A stretch of 64,000 bases of DNA from Kiritimatiellia bacterium (GTDB taxonomy: Bacteria > Verrucomicrobiota > Kiritimatiellia > JAAZAB01), in the NCBI GenBank assembly GCA_040767085.1, contig JAXGPF010000010.1, forward strand, positions 98,885-162,884. Reading direction: 5' to 3'. The translations under genes and the position numbers were made by a program. Numbering within the stretch: position 1 is the first letter of the stretch; every line of letters starts with the position of its first letter. Below are positions 9,062 to 18,548 of this stretch, one piece after another. The notes beneath the pieces are model-generated. The model searched no databases. It was not told where the DNA came from and was given only the letters and a program-made list of their open reading frames with translations.

Positions 9062-10583
9062 TGCCGGCATGGCGCCAGGCGGGGATTGCGCCGGCGTCGG
9101 GCGCCATCAGCACGTACAGGGCCGGCGGGATGGCGGCGTCGGTGCGGCCTTGCATCCGGGCTTCCTTCTCGCGAGCCCGGACATACATGGCGATGGCCGC
9201 GGCATCATGCTTGCGGTGCGCGGCCAGGAATTCCGCGTCTTCCACGGCAATCGCCCGGCGCGCGCCCGCATCGGCCTTGAGCGTTTCATAGACCGCGGCG
9301 AGCTGCCGGAAACTGGGGATGAACTTGGCATCGCCGGCGATCAAGCCGCCCTGGTAATGGAAGAATGCGAACAGAAAATACACGTTGAAGGCAATCGTGG
9401 CGGCGGCGGCCCAATGGAGCAGCCGTTGCCGGCGCCCGCCGGCCGGCCGCCGCGTCAGGCAGACGGCGGGAATCATCATCAGGATGGGCAGTTGGAAAAT
9501 GGCGTAACGGCTGGAATAGTTCTGCCCGGACAGCAGAAAGACCAGCAACGGGATGGCCAGCAACGCGGTCATGCAGACCGGCGCCGGGTCGCGCGCGAAG
9601 GCCGCGCGCGGATTGCCATGCGCGCCGCGCCAGGGCGCCGCCGCCGCGCGCGCGAATTCCCAGATGTACACCAGCGCCACCGCGGTGCCCAGCGCCTTGA
9701 AGGCGAACATCACGAGAAACGATCCGCACACCGCGTCGCCCATGGCCAGGTAGTCGCTGAAATCCGGCAGGGCCCAGCGTTTGCACCAGCTCATCAGCAG
9801 GCTGAATGGCGTGGTGATGGCTTTCAGGCATCCGAAACTGAACTCGTCGCCGCCGCTGCCAAACATCATCCGGGTATTGGCCCAACCGCGGGCGGCATCG
9901 CCCTGCAGGTATGGCCAGTAAAGCAGCAATCCGGCCAGCAGTCCCGACAGGAGGGCCGGCCAGTGCAAACGCTTGCGCGTCAGGGCGAGCGCCGCCAGCG
10001 CGCCGCAGAGCATGGCGAAAGCCGAAGCATGGAATTGCAGCGCCATCAATGACAGCAGTCCGACCCAGAAAACCTGCGGCGAACGGTCGCGGGTGACGGC
10101 GTCCCATAATGCCAGAAAGGTCAGGCTGCCGAAAAACGCCATGATTTCCGGGTTGTAGGCCCCCACCGCGTAATAGACCGCCCAGGGTTGGGTAGCCATG
10201 AATAATGCCGACCAGAGGCCGCCGCGCTCCCCCCATAGCCGCCGCCCCAGCATATACACCAGCACGATGGCGGCGACATTCAGCAGCAGCATCGCGGCCG
10301 CCACCGCGTGCGGACCGCCGCCCAAACGCATGGCATTCAGCCAGAAGACTGTCCAAAGCGCGCCCGGGGTGTGGGAGTTGGCGGTGAACTTGGCCTGACT
10401 GAGATAGCGGGCTTCATCCACGCCCATGGCGTAATCCAGCGCGCGCTCGTACGCCAGGATTTCGTCGCCAAAGGCGAAATACGCGAAGGCGCCGCCCTGC
10501 CAGTACGCCGCCAGCCGCAGGGCTAAACCCAGCAGGGTGATCAGGCTGAGCCAGAGTGTGGGATGTTTGACGTTGACGTGCAT
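9030..10583 (-). CDS. GT-C (ArnT/PMT-like, GT39/83) membrane glycosyltransferase
   Basis: Multi-TM protein; GLALRL...GDE...Y N-terminal motif. Confidence 0.7.
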   Translation of the reverse strand: MHVNVKHPTLWLSLITLLGLALRLAAYWQGGAFAYFAFGDEILAYERALDYAMGVDEARYLSQAKFTANSHTPGALWTVFWLNAMRLGGGPHAVAAAMLLLNVAAIVLVYMLGRRLWGERGGLWSALFMATQPWAVYYAVGAYNPEIMAFFGSLTFLALWDAVTRDRSPQVFWVGLLSLMALQFHASAFAMLCGALAALALTRKRLHWPALLSGLLAGLLLYWPYLQGDAARGWANTRMMFGSGGDEFSFGCLKAITTPFSLLMSWCKRWALPDFSDYLAMGDAVCGSFLVMFAFKALGTAVALVYIWEFARAAAAPWRGAHGNPRAAFARDPAPVCMTALLAIPLLVFLLSGQNYSSRYAIFQLPILMMIPAVCLTRRPAGGRRQRLLHWAAAATIAFNVYFLFAFFHYQGGLIAGDAKFIPSFRQLAAVYETLKADAGARRAIAVEDAEFLAAHRKHDAAAIAMYVRAREKEARMQGRTDAAIPPALYVLMAPDAGAIPAWRHAGIMLARRDGSD

Positions 10584-10837
10584 GTTGTGCCGGGCAAAAG
10601 GTTTGACGGAATACGGTTGTAATAGGTTTGACAGCTTAGCAACCGGCGGCTAATTTGTTCAAGTTTATTATGAATCAGTTGAAGCTGTTTTAACGACTCG
10701 TTTTGCAAGCAACGCGGTTAAGTTTCCGTATGTAGCGGACGAACTGCGTGCCACGCCGAAGCCTGGCATAGGCGGGTGTTCGGCATACCGGAGCGCAACA
10801 CCGTTGCGCCGCTGCAAGCAGATCGCCGGATGTCAGC

Positions 10838-12679
10838 ATGTTTGATATGATGGACCAGTCCGCAACTCCAAAAAATAATCCGAACCAGACCTGCCGGCGC
10901 GCAGCGCCGGCGGCAACGGCGGATTCGCCGTTGCCCATGACGCCGGCCGAAATGCGGCAGCGCGGCTGGACGGCATGCGATGTCATCCTCATCACCGGGG
11001 ACGCTTACGTTGACCACCCGGCCTTCGGCGCGGCGCTGATCGGACGGTGGCTGGAACACCTGGGATATCGGGTGGGGATCATCGCCCGGCCTGATCCGCG
11101 GCGGGCGGATGATTTTCGCGTTTTAGGCCGGCCCCGGCTTTGCTGGGGGGTAACCGCGGGCAACGTTGACAGCGAACTGGCCTTGTTGACCGTGATGCGC
11201 AAGCGCCGCCGCGACGATCCGTATGCGCCCGGCGGCCTGGCCGGCGCGCGCCCGCGGAACGCTTCGATTGTCTATACCGCCTGCGCGCGCCAGGCCTTTA
11301 AGGGCGTGCCGGTGGTGCTGGGCGGGGTGGAGGCATCGTTGCGCCGGTTCCCTTATTATGATTTCTGGACCGACCGCGTGCGCCGGCCAATCTTGTTCGA
11401 TGCCAAGGCTGATATCCTGGTCTACGGTATGGCGGAACGCGCGCTGGCCGCGGTGATGCAACGGCTGGCCGCCGGACAGCCATGGACGGGAATACCCGGC
11501 ACGGCAACGCCGGTGGATGTCGCGCAGGTTCCTGCTGATAGCCCGCGATTGCCGGCATTTGAGGAGGTTAGCCGGCCGGATGCCGCCGGGCGCCAAAAGT
11601 TCATGGAAATGGCGTTGATGCTGGAACGTCAACAGCGATGCCCGGCCGGCCCTGGGAGTGATGGAACGTCCGCCGGCGGGACGCCGGCGCCGCTTTTCCA
11701 ACAATGCGGCGAGCGCTGGCTGGCGGTGTATCCGCCGGCGGCGCCGTTGACCACCGCGGAAATGGATACGCTCTACCAATTGCCGTTCACCCGCCAGCCG
11801 CATCCGTGCTACCAGGGCCGGCGTATTCCGGCGTTTGACATGATCAAAAACTCCGTGACCACCCATCGCGGGTGCTATGGCGCCTGCCGTTTTTGCGCCT
11901 TGCGCGCGCATCAGGGAGCGCACATCAGTTCGCGCTCGATTGACGGTATTGCCGCGGAAATCCGCCGGATCGCCGCCCGGCCGGATTTCGACGGCGTCAT
12001 TACCGATCTGGGCGGGCCGTCCGCCAATATGTTCGCTTCCGCCTGCGCCCGCGGCCAATCCTGCCGGCGGCCGGCGGGCGCCTGCGTGCATCCGGTCGTA
12101 TGCGGCAATCTGCGCGTCAACCACCCGGCGCTGATCGAATTGTTGCGGGCCGCGCGGGCGGTTCCCGGCGTCAAACACGTCTTTGTGGCCAGCGGCATCC
12201 GGTTTGACCTGGCGCTGCTGCCGGGCGGAACGGCCTGGCTGCGCGAGCTGCTGGCGCACGGGCACGTGGGCGGCCGCCTGAAAATCGCGCCGGAACATGT
12301 GGTGGACAGCGTTTTGCGCTGCATGGGCAAGCCGGCGGCGGCGGTGTACCGGCGGTTTGTCGCATTGTTCAAGGAACAGGCGCGCGCGGCCGGCGCGCGC
12401 GCCGGCCTGACCGAGTATTTTATCAGCGGCCATCCCGGCTGCACGCTGGACGATATGCGGAAGCTGGCCGCCTACCTTAAGGCGGCCGGGCTGCGGCCGG
12501 AGCAGGTGCAGGATTATTATCCCGCGCCCCTGACCATGAGCGCCGCCATGTTTTACACCGGCCTGGAACCGGAAACCTTGCAGCCCGTCCATGTCCCGCG
12601 TTCCGACCGGGAAAAGGCGCAGCAGCGCGCGTTGCTGCTGGGACGGCTCCCGCAATTCCGCCGGAACCCCGCCGGCTAA
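10838..12679 (+). CDS. ygiQ: YgiQ family radical SAM protein
   Basis: DVILITGDAYVDHPAFG, GGVEASLRR, RGCYGACRFC (CxxxCxxC), YFISGHPG; start uncertain. Confidence 0.9.
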   Translation: MFDMMDQSATPKNNPNQTCRRAAPAATADSPLPMTPAEMRQRGWTACDVILITGDAYVDHPAFGAALIGRWLEHLGYRVGIIARPDPRRADDFRVLGRPRLCWGVTAGNVDSELALLTVMRKRRRDDPYAPGGLAGARPRNASIVYTACARQAFKGVPVVLGGVEASLRRFPYYDFWTDRVRRPILFDAKADILVYGMAERALAAVMQRLAAGQPWTGIPGTATPVDVAQVPADSPRLPAFEEVSRPDAAGRQKFMEMALMLERQQRCPAGPGSDGTSAGGTPAPLFQQCGERWLAVYPPAAPLTTAEMDTLYQLPFTRQPHPCYQGRRIPAFDMIKNSVTTHRGCYGACRFCALRAHQGAHISSRSIDGIAAEIRRIAARPDFDGVITDLGGPSANMFASACARGQSCRRPAGACVHPVVCGNLRVNHPALIELLRAARAVPGVKHVFVASGIRFDLALLPGGTAWLRELLAHGHVGGRLKIAPEHVVDSVLRCMGKPAAAVYRRFVALFKEQARAAGARAGLTEYFISGHPGCTLDDMRKLAAYLKAAGLRPEQVQDYYPAPLTMSAAMFYTGLEPETLQPVHVPRSDREKAQQRALLLGRLPQFRRNPAG

Positions 12680-13827
12680 AGCTCGAAATATTTGCGCCGC
12701 ACGACCTTCAACTTGCAGGAAGCCAGGTTGCGGGGCAGGTAAACGCCTTCGGCGTTGGTGCGCATGACGCCTTCATAGTAGGTGAAAACCGCCCGGGCGC
12801 CGTGGAAGCAGATGCTGTAATAGCAGTTGGTGGGGACACTGTCCGGCTCCAGCAATCCATGGCGCCGCCATGTCGCGCCATGATCGTCGCTGACGGCAAT
12901 GGCCAGCGGGCGCCGCCAGCTCCATTGCGGGTGCCCCATCGGGATGCCGGTACGGTCGTTGAACAGCATGACCAGGCGGTCGCCGCCCGGCAACCGCTTG
13001 ATGCTTTGCGGGCCGTTAGGCATGGCAAATTCGGGGATGGCCCGGAAAGGCGACCAGGTTTCTCCGCCATCGCGCGTGAAGGCGCGGTAGGCGTAACCGC
13101 CGTTCGAACGGCACCACATCATCACCCGCCCGTCGGCCAATTCCACGACGCCCGGCTCCTGGCATTGCACCTGCCGTTCCCGGACATGCCGCCAGGCTTC
13201 CGGTAAACGCTTGTCAACCAATTGCGGCCGGCGCACGTTGGCCGGTTCGATCCGGATTTCCCGGCCGCCCAGCCGCCAGCTTGCGCCGGCATCGTCGGAA
13301 ATCACGCAGCCGCAGACCGAAGGCTGGGCGCGCGCGATGGATGTTCCATGGAAGGCGTAGGGCGCCAGCAGCCGGCCGGAGCGCAGTTGCACCAGCCGGT
13401 CGTTGTTGATGACATAATAGCCCGGCCGTTCGATCATCCGCGCCGGCTTGGTCCAGCGGCGGGCATGGCCGGCGGCGGTCATAAAATAAGGACGGCAGTC
13501 CTCCAGCGACTGCTTGCGTAAAAATATTCCCGCCAGCCGCCCGTCCTGCAGCGGCAGCAGGCTGATGGACATCAGGTTCAGGACTCCCCGGGGCGTCGGC
13601 AGGAATACCCGCGGTTTGGACCAATGCCGGCCGCCATCCCGCGAGCGGCGTTCAACCAGCGTGGCGGGAGCGCTGTCGCCGGACCCCTGAAAACTCCCGT
13701 AAACCAGGAGCAGGTCGCCGTTGGCCAGCGGCGCGACGCAACCCTCGCCCGCGCGCAATCCGTCGGTCCGATGATCCGCAATCAATTCTTCGTGCAAAAT
13801 GTAGGGTGTGATGTCGTGTTGCTTCAT
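12676..13827 (-). CDS. Sialidase-family (GH33-like, BNR/Asp-box) protein
   Basis: Asp-boxes SRDGGRHW, SDDAGASW, TRDGGETW, SDDHGATW; QEPGVVELADG. Confidence 0.85.
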   Translation of the reverse strand: MKQHDITPYILHEELIADHRTDGLRAGEGCVAPLANGDLLLVYGSFQGSGDSAPATLVERRSRDGGRHWSKPRVFLPTPRGVLNLMSISLLPLQDGRLAGIFLRKQSLEDCRPYFMTAAGHARRWTKPARMIERPGYYVINNDRLVQLRSGRLLAPYAFHGTSIARAQPSVCGCVISDDAGASWRLGGREIRIEPANVRRPQLVDKRLPEAWRHVRERQVQCQEPGVVELADGRVMMWCRSNGGYAYRAFTRDGGETWSPFRAIPEFAMPNGPQSIKRLPGGDRLVMLFNDRTGIPMGHPQWSWRRPLAIAVSDDHGATWRRHGLLEPDSVPTNCYYSICFHGARAVFTYYEGVMRTNAEGVYLPRNLASCKLKVVRRKYFEL

Positions 13828-13858
13828 AATTGAGCCGCTTTCAAAATTTACGTTGTAA

Positions 13859-13893
13859 AAGAATACAGAATTCAGGAGTCAGAATTTAGAATA
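13859..13893. repeat. Intergenic tandem 7-bp repeats (CAGAATT-like)
   Basis: aagaata cagaatt caggagt cagaatt tagaata. Confidence 0.65.
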
Positions 13894-13980
13894 AATACAA
13901 GAGCTTAGTTATAAATAATTTATGTTTTTTGCGGTTCTGGTTCCCTCAAGGCCGCGAATGCCCGTGGCTTCGGGGCGTGG

Positions 13981-14958
13981 TTATTGGCCAGGGCGGGCGC
14001 CAGGATTTACCGGAAACACCGCCGCCCCGTAGCCCACCACCCATTCCCCCCGGCTTTCCGGATAATCGTCGCCGCTGTTGCGGTAATGCAGGACAATCCC
14101 CTGTTTACAACCTTGTCCCGCGGCGAATTCCATGGCCGCTGCAACAGCGGCAATCCCGCAGAAGACCTGGCGGGAAGGATGCCAGTCATCCAGGAGCGCG
14201 GCGGTTTGCATTGCGCTGACCTTGGCTAATGTGCCGCGGTCGGTGCGGGTCACCTTGGCATAATCCGCATCATGCAGCATGTCGGAACTTGCCAGGACGG
14301 TGATCTTTTGTTGCTGCGCCAGCCTGGCCAGCCCGGCGCCCAGCGCGGAGCGTGTCTGAAGGTCGTGGTCGCCGATGATGATGGGTACAAGTTTGGCGTC
14401 AGGCAGGGCGGCCTGGATAAAGGGGATCAGATTTTCCGCCGAGTGCTCGCCCTGGTGCGGGCGGCTGTCGAAGAAAATCCATTTTTTGCCGCCGGCCTCG
14501 GCCAGGATTTGCGCGGCCGCGCGGTCCAGGGCGGCGACGCCCAGCGGGGTGGCGATGGCCTCGCCGTCCATCATGGCTGCGCCCTGGAAGGACCGGCTGT
14601 GGCTGAATCCCAGAATAATGACCGTCGCCGGCGCCCAACCGGCGCGCGCCTGGTCGCGCAGCGCGCGGAAAACGTGGCCGGCCACCGGACCGGAATAGAT
14701 GTAACCCGCGTGCGGCGCGATGGCGGCGGCGATGCGTCCCGTGATGGATGGCGCCGGAGCGTTTTGGATGTATTTTTCCACCATGTTCCGCAAGGCCTGC
14801 GGATCGCCCGGGAACCAGCGCCCGGCGCCGTAGGCTTGGTTGATATCCTTCAATGCCTGGTCTGTCATGACGGACGCTCCTGTTAGCTGCCGGCCGGCGC
14901 CAAGCGCCACCAGGATTGCCGCAGCGGTTGATAATAATCTGTGAGTCTTACAAGGCAT
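13981..14958 (-). CDS. AmmeMemoRadiSam system protein B (MEMO1 family)
   Basis: AGRWFPGD, IAPHAGYIYSG, EHSAE, ASSDMLH, VVGYGA. Confidence 0.9.
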   Translation of the reverse strand: MPCKTHRLLSTAAAILVALGAGRQLTGASVMTDQALKDINQAYGAGRWFPGDPQALRNMVEKYIQNAPAPSITGRIAAAIAPHAGYIYSGPVAGHVFRALRDQARAGWAPATVIILGFSHSRSFQGAAMMDGEAIATPLGVAALDRAAAQILAEAGGKKWIFFDSRPHQGEHSAENLIPFIQAALPDAKLVPIIIGDHDLQTRSALGAGLARLAQQQKITVLASSDMLHDADYAKVTRTDRGTLAKVSAMQTAALLDDWHPSRQVFCGIAAVAAAMEFAAGQGCKQGIVLHYRNSGDDYPESRGEWVVGYGAAVFPVNPGARPGQ

Positions 14959-14979
14959 AATGAAAAACTCATGCGTTAA

Positions 14980-15849
14980 TCATCGGCAGTCGTCAAGCAT
15001 AATGGTCAACGCCATTTCCGCGCGGTTGCCGGCCGGCTGCGACAGGGTGGCGGTGGAGAGCGGCTCGACGCAAACCCATCCGTCCAAACCAGGATGGAAA
15101 ACGATAAAAGATTCCACGCCTGATTCAGGGATGATCTTGAGAGTATGGGTGGGAGTTGCCAGTTCGATCGGACCGGGCCGCAGCGGGAAAACGTTGTCCA
15201 GCTTCCGGTCCAGAGGCAGGTTCAGGCGCCGGCCGACAGCGTCCAGCCACTCCGGCGGGATAGGCCCGGCTTGGCGTCCTTCATGCATCATGCCCGTTAC
15301 CGGCGCCTGCACGCGGCCTTGATCGCCCGGCAGGGCGTAGTAATAATGCAACCCGATCACGGGCGGGAAATCGGCTTCGGCGGTATAATGCACGCGCAAG
15401 GCATTGCCGGCAAGCTGCAGTTCCAGCCGTAATTCGAAATCACCGCCCTGAACCGCGCTTAATGGCCGGCCGTGCATTTCCTGATTGCCGGCGAGTTGCG
15501 CGCGGATACTGCCGGGAGATGAAGAGTATTCCCAGGGCGCGTAGCGGGCAACGCCGTGCTGCCAGGGATCCCGGATGCCCATTTGGGTCAGCGCATCCGT
15601 CTGGGGCCAGCGGGCCATGTTCGCCAATGCCGCCGCAGGCAATTGCGCGCGCTGGTTGAAATGCGGTCCGATCAGCGGCCCGTATCCTTTGCGGCAGGAG
15701 GCGAATTGCGCGGCGCGGCTCTGGCAGATGGCCTCGATATCGCCCAGGCGCAAACTGCGCAAAGTCATGCCGGCATCGGGCAGCACCTCGGCGCGCAGAA
15801 ATCCGCCGGCTTCGGCCAAAACCACGGCATTGTGCGGGTGCTGGTGCAT
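14980..15849 (-). CDS. Aldose 1-epimerase/galactose mutarotase-like protein
   Basis: HGVARY..W, GLHYYY, WVCVEP motifs. Confidence 0.7.
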   Translation of the reverse strand: MHQHPHNAVVLAEAGGFLRAEVLPDAGMTLRSLRLGDIEAICQSRAAQFASCRKGYGPLIGPHFNQRAQLPAAALANMARWPQTDALTQMGIRDPWQHGVARYAPWEYSSSPGSIRAQLAGNQEMHGRPLSAVQGGDFELRLELQLAGNALRVHYTAEADFPPVIGLHYYYALPGDQGRVQAPVTGMMHEGRQAGPIPPEWLDAVGRRLNLPLDRKLDNVFPLRPGPIELATPTHTLKIIPESGVESFIVFHPGLDGWVCVEPLSTATLSQPAGNRAEMALTIMLDDCR

Positions 15850-16031
15850 GGGGTATTATATACCAAAAATCCAGGCTGCGGGCAATAGGGGATGCCGGTT
15901 AATTGAACGGGGGCGGGCGCGCCGTCAGGATGGGGCGATCGAAAACATCAATGATCACAAAAACGTTGACAGTTTGGTGCGGCTTGTTAGGCTTATGCGC
16001 CAGTGCCAATCCTCATGTTTTAAAGCGCCGC

Positions 16032-17801
16032 ATGGGACCGGATCATTTGTGTAATGTGCTGATAAGAGCGGAAAAGAAATGGCTGGAGTTTTCTACGCCT
16101 GGCCGGGTGATTGCCACCAATCGCATCGTGGAAGTGCTTCCCCTGGTCCGCCAGGTTGAGGCGCTGGTGGAACAGGAGGGATGGCATGCCGCCGGATTCG
16201 TTTCCTACGAGGCGGCCCCCGCTTTCGATCCGTCGTTGCCAGCCAAGCCGGACGGGGCATTTCCGCTCCTCTGGTTCGGGCTTTTCGAGCATGCCCGGGA
16301 AATCGATCTGCCTGGCGCCGGCCAGGCACAGCCGCCAGCCCTGGCATGGCGTCCGACTGTGGCGCGCGATGAATACGAACGCTGCCTGAACGCCATCCGC
16401 GGCCGCATCCGGGACGGCGACACCTACCAGGTGAATTATACGTACCGTTTGCGGGCGCAGACGGATGCCGATCCCTGGCGGCTTTTTCTACAGATTGCCG
16501 GGGATGGCGAGGCGCCTTTTGCCGCGTATGTTGATACAGGCGAGTGGGCTGTCTGCAGCGCCTCGCCCGAGCTTTTCCTGAAGGTCAACGGCGAACAGAT
16601 CGAGTCCCGCCCCATGAAGGGGACCGCGGCCCGCGGCTTGTGGTTTGAGGATGACCAGGCGCAAAAAAAGGCCCTGATCTCCTCCGCCAAGGATCGCGCC
16701 GAGAATATCATGATTGTGGACATGGTCCGCAACGACCTCGGACGCGTGGCGCATGCCGGCAGCGTCCAGGTCGCCGCGCTGTGCGCGGCCGAGCAGTACC
16801 CCTCCGTCTGGCAACTGACTTCGACCGTCACCGCCCGGACCGGCGCGTCACTGGATCGGATTCTCCAGGCAACCTTTCCGCCCGCATCCATTACCGGCGC
16901 ACCGAAACGGCGCACGATGGAGATCATCGCGGAGCTGGAATCGACCCCGCGTCGTATCTACACCGGCGCTATCGGATATATTGCGCCCGGCCGCCGGATC
17001 CAGTTCAATGTAGCCATTCGCACCGTCCTGGTGCACAAACCCACCGGCTGCGCGGAGTATGGCGTGGGAGGCGGCGTTGTATGGGACTCCACACCTGCGG
17101 GCGAGTATAACGAAAGCCTGGCAAAGGCCAAAGTGCTGAGGCCGCTGCCGCGGGATTTTGACCTGTTGGAAACCATACTCTGGTCGCCCGGGGGCGGATA
17201 TGCGCTGCTTGAATATCACCTGCGGCGTTTGGCGCGGTCAGCGGCGTATTTCGGCTTCCAGTTTGAAACGCTCCGAGCAAGGCAAGCGCTGGCGGCGGCC
17301 GCCGCCGGGCTGTTGCCGGCGCAATACCGGGTCCGGCTGTGCTTGTCGCGCCTGGGCGGAATCCGCTGTGAAGCCGCCTTGCTGGACGCGGCGGCCCTGC
17401 GCTTCGGGGATGTGGCGCTGGCCAGGAACCCCATTGACAAGCGGGATGTGTTTTTCTACCACAAGACCACTCGCCGCGCCGCATACGATGCCGCCGTCCA
17501 ACATTGTCCCGGCTATGCGGACGTCCTCCTCTTCAACGAGGAAGGCGAGGTTACCGAGACGACTCTCGCCAATGTGGCGGTCGAAATTGACGGCGTGCGG
17601 TATACCCCGCCGGTGCGCTGCGGATTGCTGCCGGGCACACAACGCGCCCTGCTGCTGCAACAAGGGCTGCTCCGGGAAAGGCCCATCAGCATTGCAGAGG
17701 CGCTGGGCAGTCCCTCGGTCTGCCTGCTGAACTCCGTCCGCGGGATACAACCGGTGCGCCTGCACGTTGACGGGGAAAGAGCTGCAGCGACGCCGCCGTG
17801 A
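16032..17801 (+). CDS. pabB: Aminodeoxychorismate synthase component I fused to ADC lyase (class IV aminotransferase)
   Basis: GDTYQVNYT, SASPELF, SRPMKGT, AENIMIVDMVRND, SITGAPK; C-terminal HKTT...EVTE...CGLLPG; start uncertain. Confidence 0.9.
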   Translation: MGPDHLCNVLIRAEKKWLEFSTPGRVIATNRIVEVLPLVRQVEALVEQEGWHAAGFVSYEAAPAFDPSLPAKPDGAFPLLWFGLFEHAREIDLPGAGQAQPPALAWRPTVARDEYERCLNAIRGRIRDGDTYQVNYTYRLRAQTDADPWRLFLQIAGDGEAPFAAYVDTGEWAVCSASPELFLKVNGEQIESRPMKGTAARGLWFEDDQAQKKALISSAKDRAENIMIVDMVRNDLGRVAHAGSVQVAALCAAEQYPSVWQLTSTVTARTGASLDRILQATFPPASITGAPKRRTMEIIAELESTPRRIYTGAIGYIAPGRRIQFNVAIRTVLVHKPTGCAEYGVGGGVVWDSTPAGEYNESLAKAKVLRPLPRDFDLLETILWSPGGGYALLEYHLRRLARSAAYFGFQFETLRARQALAAAAAGLLPAQYRVRLCLSRLGGIRCEAALLDAAALRFGDVALARNPIDKRDVFFYHKTTRRAAYDAAVQHCPGYADVLLFNEEGEVTETTLANVAVEIDGVRYTPPVRCGLLPGTQRALLLQQGLLRERPISIAEALGSPSVCLLNSVRGIQPVRLHVDGERAAATPP

Positions 17802-17835
17802 AAGCGTATGATTCCGCCGGTTGGGGCGATTATCT

Positions 17836-17970
17836 CCCGTGTCCGTTCACGTACCCGTCCACGACGTTCCCTGCGCGAACCTGGGATTCTCGTGACTCCG
17901 CACCGTTCGAGACTGTCCCGCATCCTCGTGTACGGGAACGTGTACCGCTGCGCTGTGAACGTGTACGGAC
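17836..17970. repeat. Intergenic inverted repeat built of 6-bp-period units (CGTGTA/CGGGAA-like)
   Basis: ccgttcacgtacccgtccacga versus tcgtgtacgggaacgtgtaccg (18/22 complementary), plus inner arms gggattctcg/cgagactgtccc. Confidence 0.6.
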
Positions 17971-18146
17971 TCCCGCCGGGCCAACTGGGGAATCTTGAAC
18001 GCCGAACGCCAGATGTTGGATTGAGGAGTGCATCGGACGCTTTCCGATTGCCATGCCGGATGTTTTCGGGTAGACTTGCCGCAAAATTCAATGCGGCATG
18101 GCGCGGTGCGTCAGGCCGGCCGCGGCTCTCGGAAGGATGGTGGGGC

Positions 18147-18527
18147 ATGGACCGGAACGATATGGGTGAAGTATGCCAGTTTTTGCCGTTTAAAAAATGC
18201 CAATCCTGCGGCGCGGTCTGGCGCACATGCGCCGACATGCTTTCGGATCCGCGGGTGGAATTGATTGGGTACCAGACAAACTTCGTCGAGGCGGGCGAGG
18301 GCTTTTTTCTGTTTGCGCACAATGCCACGGGCTGCGGAACGACTTTTGGCGTGTCGGCCGGCGCTTTTGCCGAGTTGCACGATGGCCCGATGGTCGTCAG
18401 ACGGCCAACGGCCGTCTGCGCCGAATACTGCCTGTATCGCAGCAAACTCGTTCCTTGCCCATCCAAATGCGAATGCGAGTATGTGCGCACCATGTTGGAT
18501 GTGTTGAAAAACTGGCGGAAGACCTGA
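18147..18527 (+). CDS. Small Cys-rich hypothetical protein (putative metal-binding)
   Basis: FKKCQSCGAVW...LIGYQTNF...FLFAH...CGTT...CAEYC...CPSKCEC. Confidence 0.7.
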   Translation: MDRNDMGEVCQFLPFKKCQSCGAVWRTCADMLSDPRVELIGYQTNFVEAGEGFFLFAHNATGCGTTFGVSAGAFAELHDGPMVVRRPTAVCAEYCLYRSKLVPCPSKCECEYVRTMLDVLKNWRKT

Positions 18528-18548
18528 AATGTTCCGTTGGAGAGCATA

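Noticed and set aside
10690-10837. Possible ncRNA or repeat upstream of ygiQ (CGCCGAAGCCTGGCATAGGCGG; GCGCAAC-ACC-GTTGCGC)
   Set aside because: Only short hairpins, single copy in the window, no recognisable riboswitch consensus.
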